Source: Octopus bimaculoides
Lineage: Eukaryota
Length of the DNA stretch: 64,000 nucleotides
Direction of reading: 5' to 3'
NCBI RefSeq assembly: GCF_001194135.2
Contig: NC_068988.1
Coordinates: 66,260,263 to 66,324,262 of the forward strand
The translations under genes and the position numbers were made by a program. The notes under the pieces were generated by a model. It was not told the origin of the DNA and ran no database searches. It worked only from the letters and a program-made list of their open reading frames with translations. Positions 11,435 through 22,799 of the stretch are shown here, piece after piece. How positions within the stretch are numbered: the first letter of the stretch is position 1; every line of letters starts with the position of its first letter.

Positions 11435-13551
11435 CTGTTCACATTAAACGCCTTCTGTTTTTACTTTTATTTTCTTCCTTATCACATCTTCCTCACTTTA
11501 CCAAGTGTGTACCAACTGCTAGAATCCCACCAACAGCATATACATTAAAATGAAAATGAAATGTATAACTGAGTTCCACATAGTACTGAATATTTTAACG
11601 TAACAAACACTATTTAGGGCCAGGATGAATTTAAATGTATCACATTCTGATGATCACTTAGCAGACCAAACTTCGAAGTCACTTTCAATACTTTTTACAG
11701 AATAATCAATACAAAAATTATTGATTAATCCTTTATTTTTATATTAAATTGCTTTTACTATAAATTTACATAAAAACTGTGAGTGCGGGTGTGTGTACGC
11801 GTGCGTACGTGTGTATGTGTTTGTGTGTGTGAATGTGTGTGTGCGTGTGTATATCCGTGAGGTGGGGGTGGGCTTTTGCGTGCGTGCGTTTTAACATCTG
11901 GTGGTGCCTTCTGCTTTTGCATAAGTGCTGCTATACTTATGGAGATGCTGCCTGCTTATACATATAAGTTATCTTAATCCTATTTAGGATCAATATAAAG
12001 CATATACGCAGTTCCATTCCTGAAAAATGACATTTCCTTTGCTGAACTTTAGCAAGAGAAATGAAAATTATAGCATCACAACATCCAGATGTCATATGTA
12101 TATTAGAGTAACAAACGTACATTTGTATATAACCCTAAGAAACTATAAACGTTTCACATCCCACATTTGAAAACGTGTATTGCTGAACATAGTAACTGAA
12201 ACTCTGCTGCAATTTTGAACTCCCGAAGACATCGGAGATCATTTATATTTGAAGTCATTGCGTACCTACAATATCCAATGTACCTTTTCCTCCATTTGAT
12301 GAGCTACGATTTTAGAAAGAAATGATTACTCTTTCTAGCGGATGGAGGGACAACCATGAGGTTTCCTCGTTGTGTTGAAATCATTTAGTTACTTATCCTT
12401 CCCGCCATTGTTCAGTCCCACCAATGACTACTTTCTCTGTCAAACTTCCAACGTCTGTAAAATAGGGAATAGTTATATACGGAGATTCATTTGAGTATTT
12501 TCTATCTTACCCTTCTCCAAAATGTGTCACCTTTTCACGTTATTATTCTTATTGGAAACCAATGAACTGGAACTACTAAACTTTCACTTGAATTCCTAGA
12601 CTTTCAAAGCATTCTGACTGGGAAGCCTAATATTGTTCTTGCAACTGATAAATCGCAATTCCTTATTAAGATTTCGTTGTAATTTCTATCACTGTTCGAC
12701 AAAGAGGCATAAAAGTATTTGCTTAGTCGATAGGAACCTGACAAATGATCTGAAAGTCTACAAATTCTTTGCTTTGTTTTTTTTTATGTGTCGTTTTATT
12801 ATCTGAGCATGTGTGTTTGTATGTATACATGTAAATTTGTGTGAGAATATATGTGAATATATGTGAATATATGTTCGTGAATATATATGTGAGTGGACAT
12901 ATGTGTATCTGTGAGTGCGGGTGGGTGCAGGTGACCATGAAAATGTTCCCATAAGATAAGGAATTAGGCCAATACTCTTGTATTTTCTTTTGATACGCTT
13001 TCAATAATGATTTTCCCTTTAATAATTTCTGTGGTATAATAAAAGACGCTACTAAAAAGATGGTTTCGCTTTAATGCACAACTGTTATGAGTTGTTTTTA
13101 TTCCACGCCATTGCAGTTCTATGTCTCTTTATTCCAATAACTTATTTCTGTTGAAATCACTTATGAATATCTTTGCATTTTTCGATTTGTTTTCTTCTTT
13201 TCGTGTCATACTTCTATCGACAAAGAACCAATACCGTTTTCGTTTTTACTTTCCCAAATGTTTATCCAAAATATCTTCAATAGATAACAAATGTCAAATG
13301 AAATTGAAGCTATGACCGACCATAAAAATATAAGTTGAGAACGACTGTAATGACGACAATAAAAACGTTGTGTCTTTTCATTTATATGTTGGCGATGTGC
13401 TCTGTTGTCGGATTTTCTCTATTCAGTAATTTGTATTGCCAAGAATTCAGTGTATTCTATTGCTCATTGGTTAATATATTTATAAATAGCGTATCTGTCT
13501 TTCAATAGGATATCTATATTTTCTATTGCCTACTTTTATCTTCTCTCCGCA

Positions 13552-13604
<53 letters not shown>

Positions 13605-14090
13605 AAATTATGTATATTTATATAAAGTATGAGCGTGCATCTGTATACATACACACACACACGCACCCACACACACACGCACACACACACACATACATAT
13701 ATGCAGTGGCCTTCATTGTATATCCTTACTTTAAGATAATTTTTCTCCATCTTTCCTAATTGCTTTCTTTTTCTCCTAACCTGTGTCACTCACGCACACG
13801 CACACTCTCTTACTCTCACACACACACTCTCTCTCCCTATCTCTCTCTCCCTATCTCTCTCTCCCCCTCTCTCTCCCCCTCTCTCTCTCCCTCTCTCTCC
13901 CCCTTNNNNNNNNNNNNNNNNNNNNNNNNNNNNNNNNNNNNNNNNNNNNNNNNNNNNNNCTCTCTCTCCCTATCTCTCTCTCCCCCTCTCTCTCTCCCTC
14001 TCTCCCCCTTCTCTCTCTCTCTCCCCCCTGTCTCTCTTTCCCTCTCTCTCTCTCTTTCCCCCTCTCTCTCTCTCCCTCTCTCTCAACTCA
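13552..14090. repeat. Microsatellite cluster: (TCTA)n, (CA)n and CT-rich low-complexity sequence
   Basis: Directly visible. Representative of many (AT)n, (CA)n, (TATG)n, (GA)n, (ACT)n and (ATT)n tracts across the window. Confidence 0.9.
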
Positions 14091-14865
14091 CCTCTATCTT
14101 CCTAATATATGATGTGAATATTGAAAAATCATTCCACCTATATTACAAAGGCTCGATGATCGAATATAGGCGAAATGTTTTCACTAGTACAATTAATGTT
14201 AAGTCGTCGAAATTGGCAGAAGCAGCGTCTGAAAAATATCTCTCTGCATTTCTTCTTGTTCTTTCCCATCTAATTTCAAATCTCACCCAGATCAACTTCG
14301 CCTTGTGTTCTTTTGGGGTCGTTAAAATAAAGCAGCAATCCAGTACCGGGTGCGATAATATCAACTAACGCACCAAACTTACTGAACTTCTGTCTCGATT
14401 AGAAACAATCATTCCCATTAATATTGGTAGCTTTTAATTGAATTCTGTTCAATGAATTGTAAGAGAAGTGTTGAAGTATTTATGTTATATTCATTGATCA
14501 GTTTCCATAAATTATCAATCAGTATTTTGTTCAAATTTTTCGAGGGATGTGTTAGCAATACGTCTCAGACAAAACGAAGTTACGACAATTTATGTTGAGT
14601 TGGTTAACAACATGTGTCAGTTAAAAGTAAGTTACAACGTAATTTGCAATGAATGCAGGAGCAATAGGTTTTAACTGGAACTTATGACATGATGTAAAAT
14701 GATTATGGTAGTAGATGAGTATAAGGAAGTTTCATTGACTTTTTAATTCATTCCATTTATTTTATGTCACATTGTTGATAAGTACATGTGTACCACTACA
14801 TCTCGTTATATCATTTATAAAAATCAGAGATTTTGCCATGTATACACTCATCACACTTGGAATAA

Positions 14866-15287
14866 TACTCTTTTACTCTTTTACTCTTTTACTTGTTTCA
14901 GTCCTTCGACTGTGGCCATGCTGGAGCACCGCCTTTAGTCGAGCAAATCGACCCCAGGGCTTATTCTTTGGAAGCCTAGTACTTATTCTTTCGGTCTCTT
15001 TTGCCGAACCGCTATGTTACGGGGACGTAAACACACCAGCATCGGTTGTCAAGCGATGTTCGGGGGACAAACACAGACATACAAACACATACACACATAC
15101 ATATATATATATACATATATACGACAGGCTTCTTTCAGTTTCCGTCTACCAAATCCACTCACAAGGCATTGGTCGGCCCGAGGCTATAGTAGAAGGCACT
15201 TGCCCAAGATGCCACGCAGTGGGACTGAACCCGGGACCATGTGGTTTGTAAGCAAGCTACTTACCACACAGCCACTCCTACGCCTAT
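14866..15287 (-). mobile_element. Family-B SINE, full length, (TACTCTTT)n tail
   Basis: The reverse complement starts AGGCGTAGGAGTGGCTGTGTGGTAAG, has B-box GGTTCAGTCCC and CORE-like GTGGCATCTTGGGCAAGTG, a short internal (AT)n, and an (AAAAGAGT)n tail. Confidence 0.93.
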
Positions 15288-15534
15288 ATGGTCAAATATT
15301 ATTCAAGTCACACCTACAATCAATATCAAAATGCAGACTCATATTGGTACAAATCTAGATGACCCTAATGACCCTAACGATGGCGAATATGTAAATCAGA
15401 AACCTATACGTTTGATTAACCTGTGTAACACGATTTTTGTTCTAGGGTAGCGATTGCTATTTCTTATTTGCTTACTCCTAGAAAGTATGAAAAATAGCTA
15501 ATATTTCCTTCAAAATTTGCTTTTGTTACATTTA

Positions 15535-15705
15535 TTCAATCCCAAAGAATCCCTCTCAATACATGACTATGATGCTCCTCCACTACTCAAACTCATGATG
15601 AGAGATGCACATATTGTCAGCCACTTAGGGACATGCTCATGTGATTAAGGTCAAGCAACTGGTATCAGATCTGTACTATTGAGCAGAATATTTGCAATAA
15701 CAATA
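15535..15705 (-). repeat. Interspersed repeat family D, partial copy inverted relative to 26720-27215
   Basis: The reverse complement aligns with ~26778-26935 (aaatattctg.tca...cagat.tg...cagttg.ttgacctta...tgagcatgt.cct...catcatag.catgt...ttctttggg), roughly 75-80% identical by eye. Confidence 0.75.
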
Positions 15706-17051
15706 TTTCTGCTTCATCACCTCAATGCTGAATCAGTCTGAAATATAATGTAATACAGGTCACTTTCAAGACAATAATATCTGGGTCTGAAAAGCAAAGC
15801 TTGAAGGGAATAAGTCATTTCCTTTGATTTCTAGATAGAGGCAAATATGAAATAACACTTACTGACCAAAGACAAAAAAAAAGTTACACAGTGTTATAGC
15901 TCTCCTCGAACAAGACAGACCAGGTGCTAAAAGCAAAGGTAAAATATGATCTTTCCTGTTAATCAGCTGCATTTGCAATTACTCGAGATGACGTAAATGA
16001 GATTACTGGGCATTTTAATCTATGCAGAATCAGACGTAAGCTCCTGTTTGTGTGAACTGTGCATCGCTTTCTTCGTTCACAGCCAAATCCAGATTCACTC
16101 CATTTCAATATTTTTTGGGTAGCTTAAAGCAAAGAGACAGCCTACAACTTGTGAATATTGAACATTCTGTTTTATTATAAGTTAATGCACTTTTTATTAT
16201 AGTTATTTCAGTTGTTATAAATATATTTAAAGCTTGACACATCAAAAAGCTATAATCATGCGATGAAAAAAAAGAAACAATTTAATTTTTTTGGCAGATA
16301 CAAAACACAACTTCAAACATGCTTTTATAGTATTGTGGCTTCATCAGCTAAACACAGGCCTCACTTTACATGTAAAATTATCAAATATATATACAATTTT
16401 ACACACTTGTTGGCACAGAAATTTAGAATTGATTGCAGAATTCATAAGTCCTTCGACTGTTCAATCAGTATCTAATGCCATTTCGTTACCCAAACATGCA
16501 TTATGAAATGAGAATCCCAGACAGTATCAAAATCATATTCTAACATATATTCTCTCCTTTAAATTTATATATATATATATATATAATTATTGTAATTATA
16601 GAGAATGTTATGCAGAAGTTGTTTAATTATTTATTTTGAATACTTAAGCAATTTGAGACAAGAATTACAGGAGAGAGTGTTTAAAATTATTGCAGGAAAC
16701 AATTATCATGACAATGTGTCGAATTTGTGTATTAATGATTTAGCATAGAGGCAAAGAGTTTAAAATCTGTCAGCATTAAATCAGACACAGATTGTATTGA
16801 ACAGAACATATTATAGTTGATAGCAAATAAATTGGTGATTAAATTACACCATATAATGTTTATTAAATTGTTGTTCCAATAGATAATTTACGAATTGATT
16901 TTGTACAGATTTACATGAAATTTAACTCACACATTCCACTAGTTAGTGAACGACCCCCTATACGGTTATTCTACCTCCAGTAACTAGCAGCCAGACACCC
17001 ATCATGTCAAACCCTAATGTCTTACAATGTGAAAGAAAATAACATATGCTG

Positions 17052-17193
17052 TACATTATTTACATTTGACAGATATTTGTCTTCATCTTGTTTGTTGTTA
17101 ACACAACGTTTCGGCTAATATACCCTCTAGCCTTCATCAGGTGGCTTGGGGGAAATTTCGAACCTGGGTTCCCTTTCGTAAGGTATTTTTCGA

Positions 17194-17256
<63 letters not shown>

Positions 17257-17273
17257 CATCGTCATCATCATCA

Positions 17274-17319
<46 letters not shown>

Positions 17320-17393
17320 CGGACTCGGAATCTTGGGGTCAGTAGCCCGCGCTCTTAACCCCAAGATTTCGAGTTCGATTCCAGGCAGTGACC
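17052..17393 (-). mobile_element. Short element with tRNA-like head, internal (AAT)n and a hammerhead-ribozyme 3' end (candidate SINE)
   Basis: Minus strand: GGTTAAGAGCGCGGGCTACTGACCCCAAGATTCCGAGT (tRNA-like; the B-box GAGTTCGATTCC is preserved in an adjacent inverted duplicate at 17358-17393), ~120 nt of (AAT/GAT)n, then a ~140-nt tail containing the hammerhead core. Confidence 0.65.
17100..17147 (-). ncRNA. Minimal type-I hammerhead ribozyme motif
   Basis: 5'-GCCAC CUGAUGA A GGCUA gagggu auau UAGCC GAAA CG UU GUGU-3'. The core CUGAUGA/GAAA is intact, stem II is a perfect 5 bp, stem I is 3 bp (CAC/GUG), stem III is the loop-less palindrome ACGU, and the cleavage triplet is GUU. Confidence 0.75.
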
Positions 17394-17401
17394 CATATGA
17401 G

Positions 17402-17634
17402 TTATTTCTTTACTACCCACAAGGGGCTACACACAGAGGGGACAAACAAAGACAAACCAACGGATTAAGTCGATTATATCGACCCCAATGTGTAACTGGT
17501 ACTTATTTAATCGACCCCGAAAGGATGAAAGGCAAAGTCGACCTCGGCGGAATTTGAACTCAGAACGTAGCGGCAGACGAAATACCGCTAAACATTTCGC
17601 CCGGCGTGCTAAAGTTTCTGCCAGCTCGCCGCCA
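17402..17634 (-). mobile_element. Family-C SINE, full length, long-tail variant
   Basis: Reverse complement: GGCGGCGAGCTGGCAGAAACTTTAGCACGCCGGGCGAAATG...GAGTTCAAATTCCGCCGAGGTCGACTTTGCC...GGGTAGTAAAGAAATAA. Confidence 0.93.
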
Positions 17635-17787
17635 TATGAGTGAACCAGTGTGCATGTCAGTGTGTGTGTGAGTGTGAGTGTGAGTGTGAGTGTGAGTGGG
17701 TGTGTCAATGTCAGTGCGTGTGCATTATTTCACTTAATTTCTTCTAATATCGTTTGCCACATACGTATAGTATTTGGATAATCTATC

Positions 17788-17925
17788 AAATCTATCGAGG
17801 TTGATATTGTCCTTCATCCTTTCGGAGTCGATAAAATAAGTAACAGTTGAATACTGGGGCTCGATGTAATCGACTTACCCGCTCCTCCGAAACTGTTGGC
17901 GTTGTGCCAAAATTTGAAATCATTA
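17788..17925 (+). mobile_element. Family-C SINE, 5'-truncated
   Basis: aaatctatcgaggttga...ccttcatcctttcggagtcgataaaataagt...taatcgacttaccc...ttgtgccaaaatttgaaatcatt. Confidence 0.85.
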
Positions 17926-18067
17926 TTTGGATAATCTTATGCATGTCTCTGACGTGACGCTGACAATAAACAGCAATAGTATTTATTAATTTTCACAAAG
18001 ATAAAATAAAAATTCTGTATTTATTAATTTCAAAAGGCGAATACTTATTTTTTTCTATTTTCTTTAG

Positions 18068-18203
18068 GTAAACAGCTTTGTTGGAGCATTCCACGACGCG
18101 GTGATACTTTATGCTAAAGCTTTAAACGAAACTTTGGAAGCCAATGGATCGATCAGTGACGGAAAGGCTATTACAGAGCGCATGTGGAATCGAACATTCG
18201 AAG
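18068..18203 (+). CDS. NPR1-like: Coding exon (136 nt, phase 0 to 1) of a receptor guanylyl cyclase / atrial natriuretic peptide receptor-like gene, extracellular ligand-binding domain
   Basis: Acceptor ttttctattttctttag|GTA, donor GAAG|gtaaat. Translates to VNSFVGAFHDAVILYAKALNETLEANGSISDGKAITERMWNRTFE(G), matching the NPR-family motif FHDxxxLYxxAxxETL...DGxxITxRMWNRxFxG. Contains N-glycosylation sequons NET, NGS and NRT. Confidence 0.95.
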
Positions 18204-19016
18204 GTAAATAAGACTTACACTATATCTCAAATTGTGTTTAATTGTTAGTGTTAGTGTCATTGTTCTTGTCGTTGTCGTTGCTGTTGTTCCAGGTCAGCTT
18301 TGGTCAACGGGAATGATAGTTAAAACAGCACTCCTCAAGAAGACCGAATCTTTTATACACATCATTTCACTTGAACCAAATTAGCTGATATGTCACTTTT
18401 AAAGACAACATAGTGTGTCAAGAAAGAATTCGTTACTATTTATTAAATTACGACCGACCATGTAGAAATGTTCATCTAAGCTTGATGTACATAACTGATT
18501 CTTTTAATTCAAGCCAATCTAATAAAAGGCGTTTGTAGATTTTCAAGAGAAAGAAATTTGTACGGTTCATTATTTCATTGAGAACTGGTATCATATAAAC
18601 TGATACCATATAAAGTTTTAACCAATATTGTATAAGAAACTTTTTTTAATTTCCTGAAGTCAAACATTTGGTAGGACTTATATAAGTGTTTCAAAACGTT
18701 ATTTCCAAGCATCCTTAATACATAAACTGTAGTTGGTAATTAATTCTAAACCATTTTTCTGGATTATCGTATTTTGGAATCGTACTATTTAGTTGCTTTT
18801 TAACAGTGGAGTAGATTGAAATCTTCAAATTTACGTCATCATGCCGATTGCCTTTGCTGAATCTCATTGTCCTCGTATTTTCACATTTGGATAAATCAAT
18901 AAAAGCTACAAAGAATAATACAGGCATCCAGAAAATCTGATGCCATACACGCAATAGTCAGTAATTGGGGAAAATGTTGTGGTTGTCATAACTCCTAAAA
19001 ATACAAGACAAACTTA

Positions 19017-19425
19017 GGGGTTGCTGTTTTGTAAGAAGCTTGCTTCCCAACTACATGGCTCCGGGTTCAGCCCCACCACCCACCCTACGTGGCATCTTTC
19101 GCAGGTGTCTTCTACTATAGCCTCGGGCCGACCAAAGCCTTCTGAGTGGATTTAGTTGACAGAAACTCAAAGAAGCTCGTTATATATATGTATATATATG
19201 TCAATGTGCGTCTGTTTTTTGTCTGCATTTGTACCTACCACCACCAACAACAACAACAACAACAACCGGAGCTGATATGTTTATGTCAGCTTAGCGGTTC
19301 GGCAAAAGGAACCGATAGAATAAATACCAGACTTTAACAAAAAAATAAGTATTGGGACCAATAGATTCGACGAAGATTTCTTCAAGGCGGTGCCCCGCAG
19401 TCTGATGACTGAGACAAGTTAGAAA
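19017..19425 (+). mobile_element. Family-B SINE, diverged
   Basis: gtaagaagcttgcttcccaactacatggctccgggttcag...ctactatagcctcgggccgaccaaagcc...ttagcggttcggcaaaaggaaccgatagaataa...gactgagacaagt. Confidence 0.85.
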
Positions 19426-20591
19426 AAATTATTCTAGCCGCGCCAAAGATGTCTGGTGCTCATTTTAGGTCAGTTGATTTGATTTATATTTATAGTTCGT
19501 ATTTGCCGTACGTACTCTCTGTTCCGTTCTTCTCTAATTGGCTTGTATTGTCTAACAGAGTCAGAGTTTAATGAATTCAAAGAGGAGAATGTATCAGTCC
19601 ATGACCGCAGAACAGAGACAACACAGATATACAAACTGTATAATCGGGTGAGAGTGATAGAAGTATCAGCAGTAAGATATTTGCAACATTGACAAGGGAT
19701 GGCCGTGACTATGTAGTTTGGATAAAATATGCGTTCTTTTTGACTTTGGACGCATCTGTTTTTCTGTAATTTTGTCGTCGGTGTGTCATTTGTCCCCATA
19801 TGAGGCCATGTGAGTTGACTTGCATAATTTACAATGAATGATTTTATATGAAGATTTTCGTTTGAGGTCTTCGAGTGACTCTTCGCGGCTTAGTGAGAAA
19901 TCAATAATACAAAAATGTTGAAATCTCACCACTCACAAACCGCCATTCAATACTAGAACTTACACAACTGAATATTATCTCCATCCTTACATCTACTTAA
20001 AATATTTATTTACCATTGAAAGAATGTTTACTTTTTTTTCTTTTTAGCTGTTATCTTTTTTTATAGTTGATGCAAAAATTCTATATTTTAGAGACGAGGA
20101 AAATAGAGATTAGATTTGTGTTAACTTTTTGAAAATCAATACAATCGTACGTGTAATGAAATCACTTACTTCCAGAATTGAAACTACGACTCAGTCTAGA
20201 ACTGCTGGTAATTTACATCTTACGCCCACGTTAATCTTGCTATTTGTCACTCGTAAGACATAAAAAATTAGTCATGAATCTCATCATTTTCCTATCCACG
20301 TCACATTGAACGAGGTAGTAAAAATGTTAACGACAGACCACAGTTTTTTTCAGTCTTATTTCACATCCACGCGCACACACACAAATGCACATGCACACAC
20401 ACTCACACACATACGTACACATACACACACATGCACACAGACACATAAAAAACATATATCCATGTACATAATGCATAGAGACAAAATTAAAGTTATTCCA
20501 CACACTGCAATATCGTGTTTGTTTCAGTTTGAATTCGATATAGACACCTCCATTCACACTTTATCTAGCTATTAATTACTAATATCTCATA

Positions 20592-21024
20592 GTGGAGGTG
20601 CAATGGCGCAGTGGTTAGGGCAGTTGACTCGCGATCATAGGATCGCGGTTTCGATTTCCAGACCGGGCGTTGGGAGTGTTTATTGAGCGAAAAACACCTA
20701 AAAGCTCCACGAGGCTNNNNNNNNNNAAAAACACCTAAAAGCTCCACGAGGCTCCGGCAGGGGATTGTGGCGAACCCTGCTGTACTCTTCCACCACAACT
20801 TTTTCTCACTCTTACTTCCTGTTTCTGTTGTGCCTGGTATTCAAAGGGTCAGCCTTGTCACACTGTGCCACGCTGAATATCCCCGAGAACTACATTAAGG
20901 GTACACGTGTCTGTGGTGTGTTCAGCCACTTGCGCGTTAATTTCACGAGCAGGCTGTTCTGTTGATCGGATCAACTGGAACCCTCGACGTCGTAAGCGAC
21001 GGAGTGCCAACAACAACAACAACA
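20592..21024 (+). mobile_element. Family-A SINE, full length, (CAA)n tail (contains a 10-N gap with an artefactual overlap)
   Basis: GTGGAGGTGCAATGGCGCAGTGGTTAGGGCAG...GACGTCGTAAGCGACGGAGTGCCAACAACAACAACAAC. Confidence 0.93.
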
Positions 21025-21446
21025 ATATCTAATTGTGAAGGCAGTGAGGACGTTGCACTCACAAGACCGCAAGATCGCAGTTTCGAATCCCGGACAGAAA
21101 TGTACATCGTGTGATTAAACAAAAATTTCATTTTACTTCACTCTGAGATCACTTCGACATCTGACGCATGGTACACTGTGCACTTGCGCAAGCAATGTCT
21201 ATCTTATGAAGAGAGTGAGCCTGTATACAGCACAAACATATGATCACTGTAAACACTGCCGTCTACGAAAAGAGAGATCATGAATATCAAATAGATCAGA
21301 AGAAAAGGAAATAATAAATGTGACTTTCAGGAATTTTTCCTTTGCAAAAGTTGTATAGATGAAGTATAATATATTCAAAAAGAGATCTTATATCTTCTAG
21401 TCTCCGAGTGTTTTGAAAATGAAATCGGTCTTGTTTTCAACTTGAA

Positions 21447-21560
21447 TGCGATATTCAAGTTATTGTTGCTTATATTGTGATATTCAAGTTATTGTTATTT
21501 ATAATGTGATATTCAAGTTATTGTTGTTCATAATGTGATATTCAAGTTATTGTTGTTTAT
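21447..21560. repeat. 29-bp minisatellite, about 4 copies
   Basis: Unit ~TGTGATATTCAAGTTATTGTTGTTTATAA repeated head to tail with no spacers. Confidence 0.9.
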
Positions 21561-22799
21561 TCCTAAGTCAGCCGATGTCTGACAGATCTATAACCACATC
21601 ACGTCCCAATTGTGGACATGATGCCTGATATTTTAGATTTAATAAATGTCAGGTTTTCTACTCCTTCGAGCTTTAAGACGGAGTTTGTTGCTCTAACAGG
21701 TCAACCGCTGTCATTGAGGCCCGTTCATTTGGGTTGTAAAGACAGGGCATCGTTGTAGTTGATGTTTCTGTTGAGGATATTCCTTTGATCACACATACAT
21801 TCTCATATACACAACAGACAGACTATATGAGCGCATGTGTATGTATGTGTGCATGTATATATTAGTACATATATGTGCGTGTGTTTATCTCTATCAAAAT
21901 ATCTCTATCTAACTCAATCTGTCTGTCTGTCTATCCAGTTATTTGTGTGTGTGTGTGTGTGTATTTGTGTGTGTGTGTGTGTGTTTACTTGTACATATAG
22001 CTCACTAAACACTTCAACGAACAACACATCAACATATTATTAATGTTTCCAGGTTGGTCTGACCTTAGCTGAACTTAATCATATTGTCATCATTATTTTT
22101 CTTTTTGCCTCATCATTCAGAGTTTAATATGTTAGTGCATAATTAAATGGTCATCACAAACTTACTGACAAAAGTAGATTCTGCGATCCGGTTTCCAATC
22201 TTCGTTAAAGACAGCTTTCTTCTTAAATAATGAACTACTGCTGACAGCATTTGATACATTTTAGTTTTAGTTATTAATTTTTATACATGTATGCAACTTC
22301 TTTGCCAATACAGATTAGTTATCTTCTACTCTGGTATCACAAACCTATATTATGACTTGAAGGACATTAGAAATGTATGCAGTTTAGGTCATCCTACAGT
22401 CATTGGCATTATAAATCAAGTGGAAGTTGAAAACTTCAGGAGTTTAGTACATGCCAAACTACTGAATAAATTATTGCATTTTAACGAGGTAGAAGTTGTC
22501 TTTCTTCGTAGACATGAGTGTGCTTTGAAGTTCATACATTTTCGAAAAGTATTCTCAGATTAAATTAGGATGATTTCAATCGGAATTGGAGAGCTGTCTT
22601 AATTCTCTTTCGCAGGAGTCTTACATGCTGTTATACGTCACTTACCATCAAAACATTACAAAATTGTATTTAATTATAGATATACTTTCAGTAAAGATAA
22701 AATCTAATTATTGAGTTTCTTTGAATGCGAAAGCCATGCGAATATATATTTGCTGTGACGTTTTCGCTGTTTCCACATTCATTCATTTTTTAAAGATGA

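Noticed and set aside
1-18067. Search for the preceding exon of the guanylyl cyclase gene
   Set aside because: No splice-bounded segment with family similarity was found by eye. It probably lies upstream of the window or in a gap, although I could have missed it.
20688-20755. Duplicated AAAAACACCTAAAAGCTCCACGAGGCT across the 10-N gap at 20717-20726
   Set aside because: Same overlap artefact; other family-A copies have the segment once.
21447-21560. 29-bp repeats as a CRISPR array
   Set aside because: No unique spacers, no cas genes, and a eukaryotic intron context.
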